40,279 nucleotides of DNA from sequence record SRR22947727_429; one strand, 5' to 3'. How positions within the stretch are numbered: the stretch's first letter is position 1; every line of letters starts with the position of its first letter. A program made the translations under genes and the position numbers. The notes under the pieces were generated by a model. The model saw nothing but the letters and a program-made list of their open reading frames with translations, did no database searches and was not told where the DNA came from. Shown in pieces: positions 27,830 through 37,541 of this stretch.

Positions 27830-29488
27830 GTGACAAGTCGTGCCTTTAATAAGACGTTGGGGACAGCGTTTCCCCAAGCCATCAATATATGGTCGCTCGC
27901 GGCCCTGCTGATTGCATCTGGCGTTTTATTGCCAATTATTGCGATTTTGGTTTTGGCGTTTTTCCCCTCAGATGATATTTGGAGCCATTTATTGGCAACC
28001 ACCTTGCCTCGCTATCTTTCAACCACGCTCGCGCTTATGTTGTGCGTGGGTTTCGGTGCTGCCTGCATAGGCGCTGGCGCCGCGTGGTTGGTCACGCGGT
28101 ATCGGTTTTGGGGCGTGCGCTCTTTTGAATGGTTACTGCTTATGCCATTGGCGATACCCGCTTATGTGGGGGCCTATGCGTTGGTTGATTTGCTCGAATA
28201 TGCGGGCCCTGTCCAGAGCGCGCTGAGGGGGGTGATGGGATGGACAAACGCGCAAGATTATTGGTTTTTTGAAATTAGGTCATTCGGAGCGGCTAGTTTT
28301 GTTCTGACAATGGCGCTGTATCCTTATGTTTATTTACTCAGTCGGGCAGCGTTTCGCGAACAATCTGGGGCCGTCGAAGAGGTGGCTCAATCGCTTGGCT
28401 CGCATGCATTGTTGCGGTTTTGGAAAATTGGTTTGCCTTTGGCGCGCCCGGCAATCGCTGCTGGAACAGCGATTGTAATGATGGAAACGATCAATGATTT
28501 TGGCGCGGTTGATTATTTTGCGGTTCAAACCCTAACAACTGGAATTTTCAGCGTTTGGCTGGAAGGCAGCAACGCAGGCGGGGCGGCGCAATTGGCGACT
28601 TTGGGATTGTGTATGATTATCATTTTGGTGTTGCTTGAAAAAAATGGGCGCCACAAAATGCGGTTTTTCAGTTTATCCACTCATCACAGACCAATTTTGA
28701 GGCAAAAATTGCGTGGTCGCCACGCTGTTTTCGCTTCGGTATTTTGCTTTTTGCCAGTTTTATTTGGATTTATACTTCCTACTTTGGTTCTGGCGCTGCA
28801 CGCGGTGCACAAGCTTGATTACTGGAAAGATGCGGATCTATACGCGGCGTTGTGGAACACTGTTTTTGTCGGCGCGATTGCAGCCTTTTTCACAGTGGCT
28901 GCTGGACTCGTCATGGTATATGGTGTCCGTCTCAGCCAACAAAAATTGCCGCGTCTTTTATTGCCCCTCACCACGATCGGCTACGCTGCCCCTGGCGCGG
29001 TCTTGGCTGTTGGTATTTTAATTCCTTTGGCTGCTTTTGATAACGCCTTGGCCGATTTTATTCTGGCCTTCACAGGGCGCGAAATCGGGTTGATTTTAAC
29101 GGGTACGTCTTTTGCGGTCATTGTGGCGTACTTTGTGCGCTTTTTTGCGATTGCCCAAGGTGCCGCGGATACCGCGATGGAGCGCGTCTCTCCCAATTTA
29201 TCGCAGGCGGCCCGCTCTTTAGGCCGCTCAAAGCGTGAAATATTGGTGCAGATTTTTCTACCCTTGATTAAAGGCAGCTTGGGGTCGGCCTTGGTGCTGG
29301 TTTTTGTCGATTGCGTGAAAGAGCTGCCTGCAACGATGCTTTTAAGGCCGTTCAATTTCAGCACGCTCGCCACTCGTACGCATGATCAGGCGAGTTTGGA
29401 AAATTTACCTCAGGCTGCGCCGGCGGCCTTATTGATAATTTTGGTCGGCTTGCTCGCTGTCGGGCTCTTAGCACGCGCCAGCCGGTAA
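27830..29488 (+). CDS. Fe(III) ABC transporter permease (FbpB/FutB-like)
   Basis: 552 aa duplicated permease; PLAIPAYV, YPYVYLL.R, DFGAV.YF.V.T.T, VKELPATMLLRPFNF.TLA. Confidence 0.9.
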   Translation: MTSRAFNKTLGTAFPQAINIWSLAALLIASGVLLPIIAILVLAFFPSDDIWSHLLATTLPRYLSTTLALMLCVGFGAACIGAGAAWLVTRYRFWGVRSFEWLLLMPLAIPAYVGAYALVDLLEYAGPVQSALRGVMGWTNAQDYWFFEIRSFGAASFVLTMALYPYVYLLSRAAFREQSGAVEEVAQSLGSHALLRFWKIGLPLARPAIAAGTAIVMMETINDFGAVDYFAVQTLTTGIFSVWLEGSNAGGAAQLATLGLCMIIILVLLEKNGRHKMRFFSLSTHHRPILRQKLRGRHAVFASVFCFLPVLFGFILPTLVLALHAVHKLDYWKDADLYAALWNTVFVGAIAAFFTVAAGLVMVYGVRLSQQKLPRLLLPLTTIGYAAPGAVLAVGILIPLAAFDNALADFILAFTGREIGLILTGTSFAVIVAYFVRFFAIAQGAADTAMERVSPNLSQAARSLGRSKREILVQIFLPLIKGSLGSALVLVFVDCVKELPATMLLRPFNFSTLATRTHDQASLENLPQAAPAALLIILVGLLAVGLLARASR

Positions 29489-29537
29489 ATTTTGCAGCAC
29501 AGGGTTGTTTCAGTCTCTTTTTATTACAGGAAATCAA

Positions 29538-29925
29538 TCAGCTTCCAGTCGAACCCGCTACGGCGCGAAAGAAGCGCTCTATGATTTTTTCCTATTAAGA
29601 GTGCTACCTATTCGGATAAGAGGTTTTTTTCCAAAGAAAAACGAAATGCAATATTCCACGGGCATTTACTACTGTTTCGATCACGGCCATCACATCGACT
29701 GGTCGTGCAAGCGCCGCCTTCAGGGTTTACAAGGCGGTATCTGGCTTCGTTTTAGAACATTTTTGGTAAAATTCGCCCAAAAAAAGGGCATTTACAATGA
29801 ACGTGATGCGCTGTCTGCACAGCATGTTCATATTTTTGTGTGAGCGCCATAGAAACAGACGAAAAACGATTTGCTACAGTTGGTTAAAAGCTGACCATCC
29901 CAGAACCCTTCCAATAGAAGCCGAA
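29538..29925 (+). mobile_element. tnpA: Degraded IS200-family element (Y1 transposase tnpA relic plus left end)
   Basis: From the ATG at 29646: MQYSTG...HHIDWSCKRRLQGLQGGIWLRFR...ALSAQHVHIFV*AP*KQTKNDLLQLVKS*, which fits the H.VW..KYR and HUH (DHVH.FV..PP...SD.....KG) motifs with stops. The upstream TCAGCTTCCAGTCGAACCCGCTACGGCGC resembles an eroded subterminal hairpin. Confidence 0.7.
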
Positions 29926-30475
29926 ATCAATGGCCGTAAATAAAGGTGCTATACATGGATGAAAAGTGTCTTCCGCGGCAGTGCTTACATTTTTTGAGGG
30001 GTAAACTGGAACATCAAGCCTGCAACGCCCAAACGATTTATGAAAAGGCAGTTGGACATATTGGAACGCTTATACAATCTCAGGGTCACGTGTTTCAGCA
30101 ACCAAAAGAAAAGCGTTATTCGCTGAGCTTGTTCTAGTCGTGATAAGTGAAACCCATTCTGAAAACTGTTTTCTTGCAGTTTTTATATTCTTTTGAACGG
30201 GTGCAGGCGACGGTTTTATTATCAAGCTCGATCATGTTTATAAAAAAGCCTGGCATCTTGTTCCCTTTAAATCATTCAAATTCGTGATCTGGGAAAACGG
30301 TCTTAAATGACAGGTGTTAGCTCAGTCTCAAATCTTCTTTTAATATCCTAAACCTCAAACAGCAGTGGCATACCACTCGCTTGAAATTTTGCGATTGGTT
30401 GTCGAAAGAGGACATGTATGGCTTTGCTCGGGCGCGCTGGAATAAAAAAATGCTTAGGCTGCTTAAATTTCTCAA

Positions 30476-30838
30476 TCATTGATTGAGGGGATGTGCGTCC
30501 CATTGCTCTTTTGTCAGTGACGTACAGCCATTTTGCGATCGCCAAATAAACCCGTCTTTTAGCTTGTGAGACCAAAGAACCGCTTCGCAGCTGCCATTTG
30601 TGGCAACTGTATAAAAATGCTCAACTAAAATTTCTTCATTTTCATAGATACAAGTTGGATGTAGCTGTTCGGATTCCGTCATAAAATTTAAAATCCGATC
30701 AACATCATAATTTGAAATGGTGATTTTTCGGCCATTTGAATGCAGATGAAATTCGTATTCTGTGTGTAAACAAGACATGTAAGTTTCGGCATCTCTATCT
30801 AACCAAGCACCTCTAAACTTATCGTAGACAATTCCCAT
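30476..30838 (-). CDS. NTF2/SnoaL-like family protein
   Basis: 120 aa; AWLDRDAETYMSCLH.EYEF, CIYENEEILVEH, EAVL..HKLKDG.I. Confidence 0.7.
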   Translation of the reverse strand: MGIVYDKFRGAWLDRDAETYMSCLHTEYEFHLHSNGRKITISNYDVDRILNFMTESEQLHPTCIYENEEILVEHFYTVATNGSCEAVLWSHKLKDGFIWRSQNGCTSLTKEQWDAHPLNQ

Positions 30839-31122
30839 CCTCGAAAATCCCTTAAATTAACTTTTCAAATCATGATGTATCAAAGTTTGAAAAGTTCCAC
30901 ACTTCTTTTTAAACTGCCGTTATTGGAGTTGCCTAAGCGATAAAAGACTAAAAGTGAATTTTCTGCCAGATAGATCCAGATATCAAAGGGCATAAAATAT
31001 AAGCTTTTACTCGGTTCATCCGCCGGAAACAGATTATGGTGAATATATAATTATCTGATGTAAAAAGCTAAGCTAGTACCACCGTTTTGCCGGTTTTCGG
31101 GTCTGCTGTTGATTTATCGCCT

Positions 31123-31863
31123 TTAAACCCGCTCATCTGATTTAAGGCGCCGCTCTAGCCAGCGCACGCCCGCGGAAACGACCAAGATGAGCACCAAATA
31201 TTCCAGTACTAAAATGGTATAAATTTCCAAAGGCCGATACTCTGTCACAACAAGCTCATTTGCTTTTCGCGTCAGTTCTTGCATGCCAATTACAGAAACT
31301 AATGACGACATTTTCAGCATATAAACCAGTTGATTGCCTAACGCTGGAAGAATACGACGTATGGCTTGCGGTAAGATCACAAACCGCATCGTATCTTTGT
31401 AATTTAATGAAATCGAATGTGACGCTTCATATTGGCCTTTATCGATGGATTGTATTCCTGCGCGGAATATCTCGGCTTGGAAGGCACTATCGGACAATGC
31501 CAGGGCAATTACTCCAGCCCAGAAAACGTTTATTTCCAGACCTGTCATTGGAGGCAGGCCATAATAAACCCATAAAATGAGAACCAGAATAGGAACCGAT
31601 CTCACAATTTCGACATAGACGCGGTTAAAATTCCTAAGCCACGGATTTTTCGATAGACCGGGCAGGGCGACCAATAATCCAACGGCAATCGAAATGAAAA
31701 TCGAGGTGAAGGATAGCAACAGCGTGAAATAATATCCCGACATAAGGAATTTTAAATTTATCCAGCCGGATTTGCTGTAGGGGTTGACCACATACCATCC
31801 CCAATTGTCAGAGCAACCCGACAGAAACAGCATTAAAAATAATAAAATTGCCAGCTTTTTCAT
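31123..31863 (-). CDS. Polar amino-acid-type ABC transporter permease
   Basis: YVEIVRSVP.LV, AEIFRAGIQSIDKGQYEA, VILPQA.RRILP, K.SSL.S.I. Confidence 0.93.
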   Translation of the reverse strand: MKKLAILLFLMLFLSGCSDNWGWYVVNPYSKSGWINLKFLMSGYYFTLLLSFTSIFISIAVGLLVALPGLSKNPWLRNFNRVYVEIVRSVPILVLILWVYYGLPPMTGLEINVFWAGVIALALSDSAFQAEIFRAGIQSIDKGQYEASHSISLNYKDTMRFVILPQAIRRILPALGNQLVYMLKMSSLVSVIGMQELTRKANELVVTEYRPLEIYTILVLEYLVLILVVSAGVRWLERRLKSDERV

Positions 31864-31872
31864 CTAATTACT

Positions 31873-32625
31873 CTAGTGATGCAGAATTTGTTGAAGAAAG
31901 GTCTTACACCGATCGGTATCTGGAGAGTCAAAAAATTTGGCTGGAGGCGCAGTTTCAACGATCCGACCTTGATCCATAAAAATCATTGTATCGGCCACCC
32001 GCCGGGCAAACCCCATTTCATGGGTGACGCAAATCATTGTCATTCCGGTATCGGCCAGTTCAATCATCACCTCAAGCACTTCGCTGATCATTTCTGGGTC
32101 CAAAGCCGATGTTGGCTCGTCAAATAATAGAATTTTTGGCTCCATACATAAAGACCGGGCAATCGCCACCCTTTGTTGTTGCCCGCCCGACAATTGGCCC
32201 GGATATTTATGCGCTTGTTCGGGGATTTTAACCCGTTCTAAATACCCCATGGCCCGGCTATCCGCCTCTTGACGGGTCACTTTTTTGGCACGAACCGGCC
32301 CAAGCGTGATATTTTCCAAAACAGTCAAATGGGGAAAAAGATTGAATTGTTGAAAAACCATGCCAACGCGCGACCTGATCTGTTCAAGAGATTTGGTTTT
32401 ATGGTTTAATATGATGCCATCAACCGTAATTGATCCCGCATCATGGATCTCTAATCCGTTGATACATCTTATTAATGTAGACTTTCCAGATCCAGAGGGG
32501 CCACAGACAACAACGCGCTCTCCTTGCTTTACGCTTAGCGAAACATCCTTTAAGGCGGCGAATTTACCAAAATTTTTTGAGATATCCTTAATCTCAATAT
32601 CATTATCTCGTGGGCTTTTAGGCAT
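31873..32625 (-). CDS. Polar amino-acid-type ABC transporter ATP-binding protein (GlnQ-like)
   Basis: GPSGSGKST, LSGGQQQRVAIAR, FDEPTSALDPE, VTHEMGFA; start MPKS at 32625 after GGAG. Confidence 0.95.
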   Translation of the reverse strand: MPKSPRDNDIEIKDISKNFGKFAALKDVSLSVKQGERVVVCGPSGSGKSTLIRCINGLEIHDAGSITVDGIILNHKTKSLEQIRSRVGMVFQQFNLFPHLTVLENITLGPVRAKKVTRQEADSRAMGYLERVKIPEQAHKYPGQLSGGQQQRVAIARSLCMEPKILLFDEPTSALDPEMISEVLEVMIELADTGMTMICVTHEMGFARRVADTMIFMDQGRIVETAPPAKFFDSPDTDRCKTFLQQILHH

Positions 32626-32766
32626 GAAATCTCCAAATATTCGCCCTAACAAACACCTCAAAACCGATAAAGGCAATGATACGATGCCTAAATCTCCAAA
32701 TCTTGTTGCTTTTTCTGCAGCTTTGCGTTCCTTTTGTTGAGGAAATTACAAATTATGGAGATAATC

Positions 32767-33537
32767 ATGAAGTTAGCTAAGGTAATTGCAGCAGCAATGG
32801 TAATGGCGGTGTCATCCGTTCAAGTCCACGCGGGCGCTTTACAGGATATTTTAAGCAGCGGAACTTTGAAAGTGGGCACGACGGGGGATTGGAACCCGAT
32901 GACGATGAAGGATTCGGCAACCAATTCGTATACGGGGTTTGATATCGATGTGATGACCCAGCTTGCGGCAGACCTTGGCGTTGAATTAGAGCTGGTCCCG
33001 ACAGAATGGAAAACGCTGGTCGCTGGCATTACGGCGGGCAAGTACCATATGACGGGATCTGCCTCGGTTTCGCCGGCGCGCGCAAAAGCAACAGGCTATT
33101 CTGACAGCTATTTCTCGCTTGCCACAGTGCCGCTGACGTTGAAGTCAAATGCTGATAAATATAAAGATTGGGAGGATCTCAACAATGCGGATGTGCGCGT
33201 TGCAGCAACCCTAGGTACAACGCAGGAAAAACAGGTCAAACAGTATTTCCCTGATGCGAAGCATGTGATCGTAGAAGCTCCCGCGCAGCCGTTCCAACAG
33301 GTGCTGAGCGGTCGCGCTGATGCACATATTACGTCAAACGTAGAGGCGAATAAATTGGTAGCGATTCATTCTGATTTGATGATTGTACCGGTTTCAGCGC
33401 CAAAATCACCCACGCCAATCGCGATGTTATTGCCGCAGGCAGATCAAGTTTGGATAAATTATGTGAACACTTGGATCAAACTCAAGCAAGAGCGCGGCTT
33501 TTTTAAAGAATTAGATGATAAGTGGAAGCTTAATTAA
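32767..33537 (+). CDS. Family 3 solute-binding protein of the cyclohexadienyl-dehydratase-related clade
   Basis: Signal peptide; LKVGTTGDWNPMT, GFDIDV, ATLGTTQE, ITSNVEA, DQVWINYVN.WI; divergent from the permease and ATPase. Confidence 0.9.
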   Translation: MKLAKVIAAAMVMAVSSVQVHAGALQDILSSGTLKVGTTGDWNPMTMKDSATNSYTGFDIDVMTQLAADLGVELELVPTEWKTLVAGITAGKYHMTGSASVSPARAKATGYSDSYFSLATVPLTLKSNADKYKDWEDLNNADVRVAATLGTTQEKQVKQYFPDAKHVIVEAPAQPFQQVLSGRADAHITSNVEANKLVAIHSDLMIVPVSAPKSPTPIAMLLPQADQVWINYVNTWIKLKQERGFFKELDDKWKLN

Positions 33538-33544
33538 AACTCTC

Positions 33545-33569
33545 AAAAGGTGCCTTCGGGCACCTTTTT
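33545..33569. terminator. Rho-independent (potentially bidirectional) terminator
   Basis: AAAAGGTGCC-TTCG-GGCACCTTTTT just after the SBP stop. Confidence 0.85.
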
Positions 33570-33626
33570 ACGTCTAGGCCCGCGAGGCTGCACAGTCTCC
33601 ACTTCGTAAAATATAGTTTATTTTAA

Positions 33627-34361
33627 ATGAGACTTATCCATTCAACTTGGCAGGAAATTGACGCATATTTGGCGATATCGGATGGTATTCTTATTCCAAC
33701 CGGCTCGATCGAACAGCATGGTCCCATCGGTTTGATTGGCACTGATATGCTTTGCGCGGATGATATTGCGGTCGCGGCTGGCGAAGCGGCAAACTTTCTT
33801 GTTGCGCCGCCGCTGGGATACGCGCCTGCTGAGTTCAATATGGGCTTCGCAGGGACGATTTCGATTTCTCAAGAGACCTATCGAAATTTATGTGGCGAGA
33901 TCTTTCACGCGCTAGAGCGGCATGGTTTTCGGCATATTTATATTTTAAATGGCCACGGCGCCAATTTAGAGCCTTTAGCCGAGGCTGCAGATGCAGTTTC
34001 AAAGGCAAAATTGCGGATCAAAAGCTGGTGGGATTTTGAGGCTGTCAATCTGCTGCGTCAAGCGCTCTACGGAGATTGGGAGGGTATGCATGCCACCCCA
34101 TCCGAAATCGCTATTACGCAAGTTGCGCATCGCGGCGTGGATGCCGCTTTGGCCAGTGAGCCACCTGAAAAACTTACCCAAGATTTTGTTCGAACCCATA
34201 CGGGTGACAAACATGGGTCGGCAGATGAACATCGTGCGCAATTTCCGGATGGTCGGGTCGGATCGCATTCGGCTTTGGCCACTCGGGCGCATGGTGCGCG
34301 GCTCAAAGCTGCGGCTGTGTCTACTCTCATTAAAGACTACGAAAAATTCGTAGGGTCTTAA
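33627..34361 (+). CDS. Creatininase-family amidohydrolase
   Basis: GSIEQHGP...GTD, NGHGAN and MHATPSE metal/catalytic motifs. Confidence 0.92.
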   Translation: MRLIHSTWQEIDAYLAISDGILIPTGSIEQHGPIGLIGTDMLCADDIAVAAGEAANFLVAPPLGYAPAEFNMGFAGTISISQETYRNLCGEIFHALERHGFRHIYILNGHGANLEPLAEAADAVSKAKLRIKSWWDFEAVNLLRQALYGDWEGMHATPSEIAITQVAHRGVDAALASEPPEKLTQDFVRTHTGDKHGSADEHRAQFPDGRVGSHSALATRAHGARLKAAAVSTLIKDYEKFVGS

Positions 34362-34462
34362 AGTTGATCAAGGCATCAAAGCCGAGGGTTTAATTTTAAT
34401 TGTTGCGTCACGCAGTTCAAATTCTGATAAGTTTGAAAACTGCGAGCAGGGGAGAACATATT

Positions 34463-34798
34463 ATGGATTGGCAAAAGTTTCTGGATGAAACCATTCAAAG
34501 TACGGGTGTGTATCACAAAGAGGCGTCCGAACTTTTTACGGCTTTTGCTGCTATGGGCAAGGCGGCGAAAAAAAGTGATGCTTTAGACGAAAAAACAAAA
34601 GAGTTGATTGCCCTTGGCATTGCGATTTCAACCCGCTGCGATCCCTGCATCGCGTATCATATGAAAGCGCTTGTGCGGCTGAAAACCTCTCGAGAAGAAC
34701 TTTGTGAAGCGCTTGAAATGATTTCGTATATGGGAGGAGGGCCTTCTATCTCTTACAGCGCCAAAGCCCTGGAGGCATATGATCAGTTTTCTCAATAG
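34463..34798 (+). CDS. Carboxymuconolactone decarboxylase/AhpD-family protein
   Basis: ALDEKTKELIALGIAISTRCDPCIAYH (CxxC), MGGGPS; GGAG RBS before the ATG at 34463. Confidence 0.9.
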   Translation: MDWQKFLDETIQSTGVYHKEASELFTAFAAMGKAAKKSDALDEKTKELIALGIAISTRCDPCIAYHMKALVRLKTSREELCEALEMISYMGGGPSISYSAKALEAYDQFSQ

Positions 34799-34952
34799 TT
34801 GGAGCTACACGCCCAAGTGGTTTTAGAGGGCCGTGATGCATAATCCATATCACGGCTTGATCGTGGCCTTGCCAAAATCTGTGTTTTTGTCCTTATATGG
34901 CGGCGTTAATCCTTGGCGTGGGCGCGCGCCATCAGCGGTGAAGTGAACAGGA

Positions 34953-36062
34953 ATGAGTGAGTTGATCAAAAACGTTGAGCAGGCTGCGAAGAACATTTTG
35001 TTTAATTGCGCAAAAGGCGAGGCTGGTGATACGCTTCTGATTGTGCACGAAGCTTGTGATGAGGGGTATTATGATCCAAAGCTTCATGGGCTCGTCGCCG
35101 AAGCGGCCAAGACGCTTGGTTTTGAAGTTACGTTGTTCGAAATCGCGTTTGAACCAGATATCAAAGACCCTAGCCCCGAATTGGCGGCAAAACTGGCGGC
35201 AGCAGATCACAGTTTGTTTCTGGCAAGATTGGGCGACCAGCTCCGATTTCAGAAGAATAAGATACCCGCGCGCTCGATCATCAGCTATGCGATTGATAGT
35301 GATATGTTTTTATCCAGCTTTGCTCGGGCAGACTATGCGGGTTTTGCAGAGCTGAAAGGGCTTATAGAGGCAGCGTTTGCGGCCGCAAAGCGCATTCAAG
35401 TCACCTGTCCTGCGGGCACCGATTTTTCAGGATCTCTGCAAAACGGTGAGTTTGAACATTCGGATATTTACTTAAAACGCTTCCCGCTTTCGATTTTTAA
35501 TCCTGTTCCGATATTTGCATTCAGCGGGTGCATCGCTCAAAATGGATTTTTGACCGGAACAGGGTCGCAATATTATAAGCCTTATGCCTGCGAATTGCGC
35601 GATACGCTTTTGATTGATTTTAAAGGCGCGGACATCACTGGTTTTAGAGGCAGTCAACGCGATATTTTATCGGCCCAAACCTATTATGAAATGGTTGCTA
35701 AAAAATATAATATCGATCCCTATTTCATTCATTCTTGGCATGCAGGAATTCACCCGGCCTGCAGCTTTGATCATCCGGCGTCAGAAAATTTCGAGCGTTG
35801 GAGCGGCGCTGCATTCGGCAATCCTCGTTTGCTGCATTTTCATTCTTGCGGAAAAATTCCTCCGGGCGAAATTTCGATAAATGTTGTTGACCCAAGCATC
35901 AGGCTGGATGATGCTTTGGTGTGGGAAAAAGGTGTGTTGCATCCTGAGCGGTTGCGTGGAGGCGATGCGCTTTTGGCACGTTTTTCCGATTTGGCGCAGG
36001 CGTTTCAAAACCCTGCCAAGGAAATCGGGCTGGGGCCTGCAGAGCGGCTGTCATTTTCGTAA
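34953..36062 (+). CDS. Uncharacterised protein, probable M29 aminopeptidase/NicX-like fold
   Basis: AKNILFNCA....GDTLLIV, IQVTCPAGTD, and C-terminal HSWHAGIHP, HFH and DPSIRLD resemble the thermophilic-metalloprotease-like fold. Confidence 0.6.
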   Translation: MSELIKNVEQAAKNILFNCAKGEAGDTLLIVHEACDEGYYDPKLHGLVAEAAKTLGFEVTLFEIAFEPDIKDPSPELAAKLAAADHSLFLARLGDQLRFQKNKIPARSIISYAIDSDMFLSSFARADYAGFAELKGLIEAAFAAAKRIQVTCPAGTDFSGSLQNGEFEHSDIYLKRFPLSIFNPVPIFAFSGCIAQNGFLTGTGSQYYKPYACELRDTLLIDFKGADITGFRGSQRDILSAQTYYEMVAKKYNIDPYFIHSWHAGIHPACSFDHPASENFERWSGAAFGNPRLLHFHSCGKIPPGEISINVVDPSIRLDDALVWEKGVLHPERLRGGDALLARFSDLAQAFQNPAKEIGLGPAERLSFS

Positions 36063-36417
36063 ACAACCTTACTGTTAAACATGTAGCGGATTTAAAGCTG
36101 AATCTTTGATGCGCTGGGGTTTGGAGCCTTTCAAAAATCTGTCGCTCATGGTGTTGCAGGAGTTTCTGAGCCGTAAATTTGAAGGAAAATTTTGCGGCTC
36201 ACATGGTTTTCACAGGCGGTGCCATCACTCGGCGAAGGGCCGCTTAATAAGCGCTTTTGGCGCTGTTGTTCCGGCTGTCGCAAAACGGGGATGTAATCGG
36301 TCTATTTCCAATGGACTAACCGCAGCGCGCATATTACGCTTTGCCAGATACGGGGTGCCGGCGCTGGCCGAAAAAAGCGTTGTGTGGATTGAGCACAAAG
36401 ATCGAAGGGGCTAATAC

Positions 36418-37458
36418 ATGTTTTTGCAGAATTGCTGGTACGTTGCCGGTTGGAGTAAAGACTATAAGCAAGAGCTGCGCGCGCAGACTTTGTTGTCAGA
36501 AAATATCGTTTTTTACCGCCGCGCAGATGGCAGCCCTGTGGCCTTAGAAGATGCCTGTCCGCATCGCAAATTGCCGCTTTCGCATGGCCAGTTAAGCGAA
36601 GATAGGGTGATTTGTGGGTATCACGGGCTGACTTTTGATTGCAGCGGATCCTGCGTTGAAGCGCCCACCCAGCGAGCCAATATTCCCCGCCGTGCCGCGG
36701 TGAAATCTTATCCGGTTGTTGATCGATATCGCTTGCTTTGGATTTGGATGGGCGATCCAAACAAAGCCAATCCAGATGATATTTTTGCAATCAAAAATTT
36801 TGACAATCCCGATTGGGGATATACCGAGGGCGGCGTTTTGCCGATTGCCTGCAATTATTTATGGGTTGTGGATAATCTACTCGATCCCAGCCATGTGGCT
36901 TGGGTGCATGTCACGTCTTTTGGCGGCAGCGGCACCGATGATCAACCGCTTGATCTTGAGAAAACAGAAGATGGTATCATTGTCTCGCGATGGATTTATG
37001 ATCAGCCACCATCGCCCTACTATAAGGATCTTCTGCGTTTTGGGGGAAATTGCGATCGTAAACAACATTATGAAATGTCTATTCCCGGCATAGCGTTAAA
37101 TATGTCAATCTACACGCCGCCAGGAACGGGGGGGCCAAAATCCAGCCCGGTCGAGAAGACCTATGTCAATATTTCTTATAATTTCATGACCCCGGTTGAT
37201 GAAAAAAACACGCAATATATCTGGTTTCAACATCGCAACACGGATCCGCAAAATGCCGAGATTTCCGAGAAAATGAATGCCGGTGCGCGCATGGCCTTTC
37301 TCGAGGATAAAGTTATCCTCGAAGAGGTTCAAAAAGGCATGGATAATATGATCACGCCGAATATCGATTTAGGGCTGGATGCGGGGGCCAAGCTTTTCCG
37401 GCTTAAGCTGCAGCGAATGATTGACCAAGAACAAAACCACATTGACAAAACGGCTTAA
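36418..37458 (+). CDS. Rieske non-heme iron oxygenase alpha subunit (VanA/demethylase-like)
   Basis: Rieske motif CPHR-x-CGYHG; mononuclear Fe ligands DNLLDPSHVAWVH and FLED. Confidence 0.93.
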   Translation: MFLQNCWYVAGWSKDYKQELRAQTLLSENIVFYRRADGSPVALEDACPHRKLPLSHGQLSEDRVICGYHGLTFDCSGSCVEAPTQRANIPRRAAVKSYPVVDRYRLLWIWMGDPNKANPDDIFAIKNFDNPDWGYTEGGVLPIACNYLWVVDNLLDPSHVAWVHVTSFGGSGTDDQPLDLEKTEDGIIVSRWIYDQPPSPYYKDLLRFGGNCDRKQHYEMSIPGIALNMSIYTPPGTGGPKSSPVEKTYVNISYNFMTPVDEKNTQYIWFQHRNTDPQNAEISEKMNAGARMAFLEDKVILEEVQKGMDNMITPNIDLGLDAGAKLFRLKLQRMIDQEQNHIDKTA

Positions 37459-37541
37459 CGGGCCAGAGGACTGCGCTGCATAGTTTGCGCTATTTTCAGC
37501 AAATAAGCGCCTCGTCAGCGCAGCGTACAAAGGAGAGAAAT

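Noticed and set aside
36063-36417. 355-bp spacer before the Rieske gene with a TGAGCCG...CGGCTCA hairpin; possible riboswitch
   Set aside because: No glycine, TPP, SAM, cobalamin or other aptamer consensus recognisable; an Rfam/Infernal scan would be needed.
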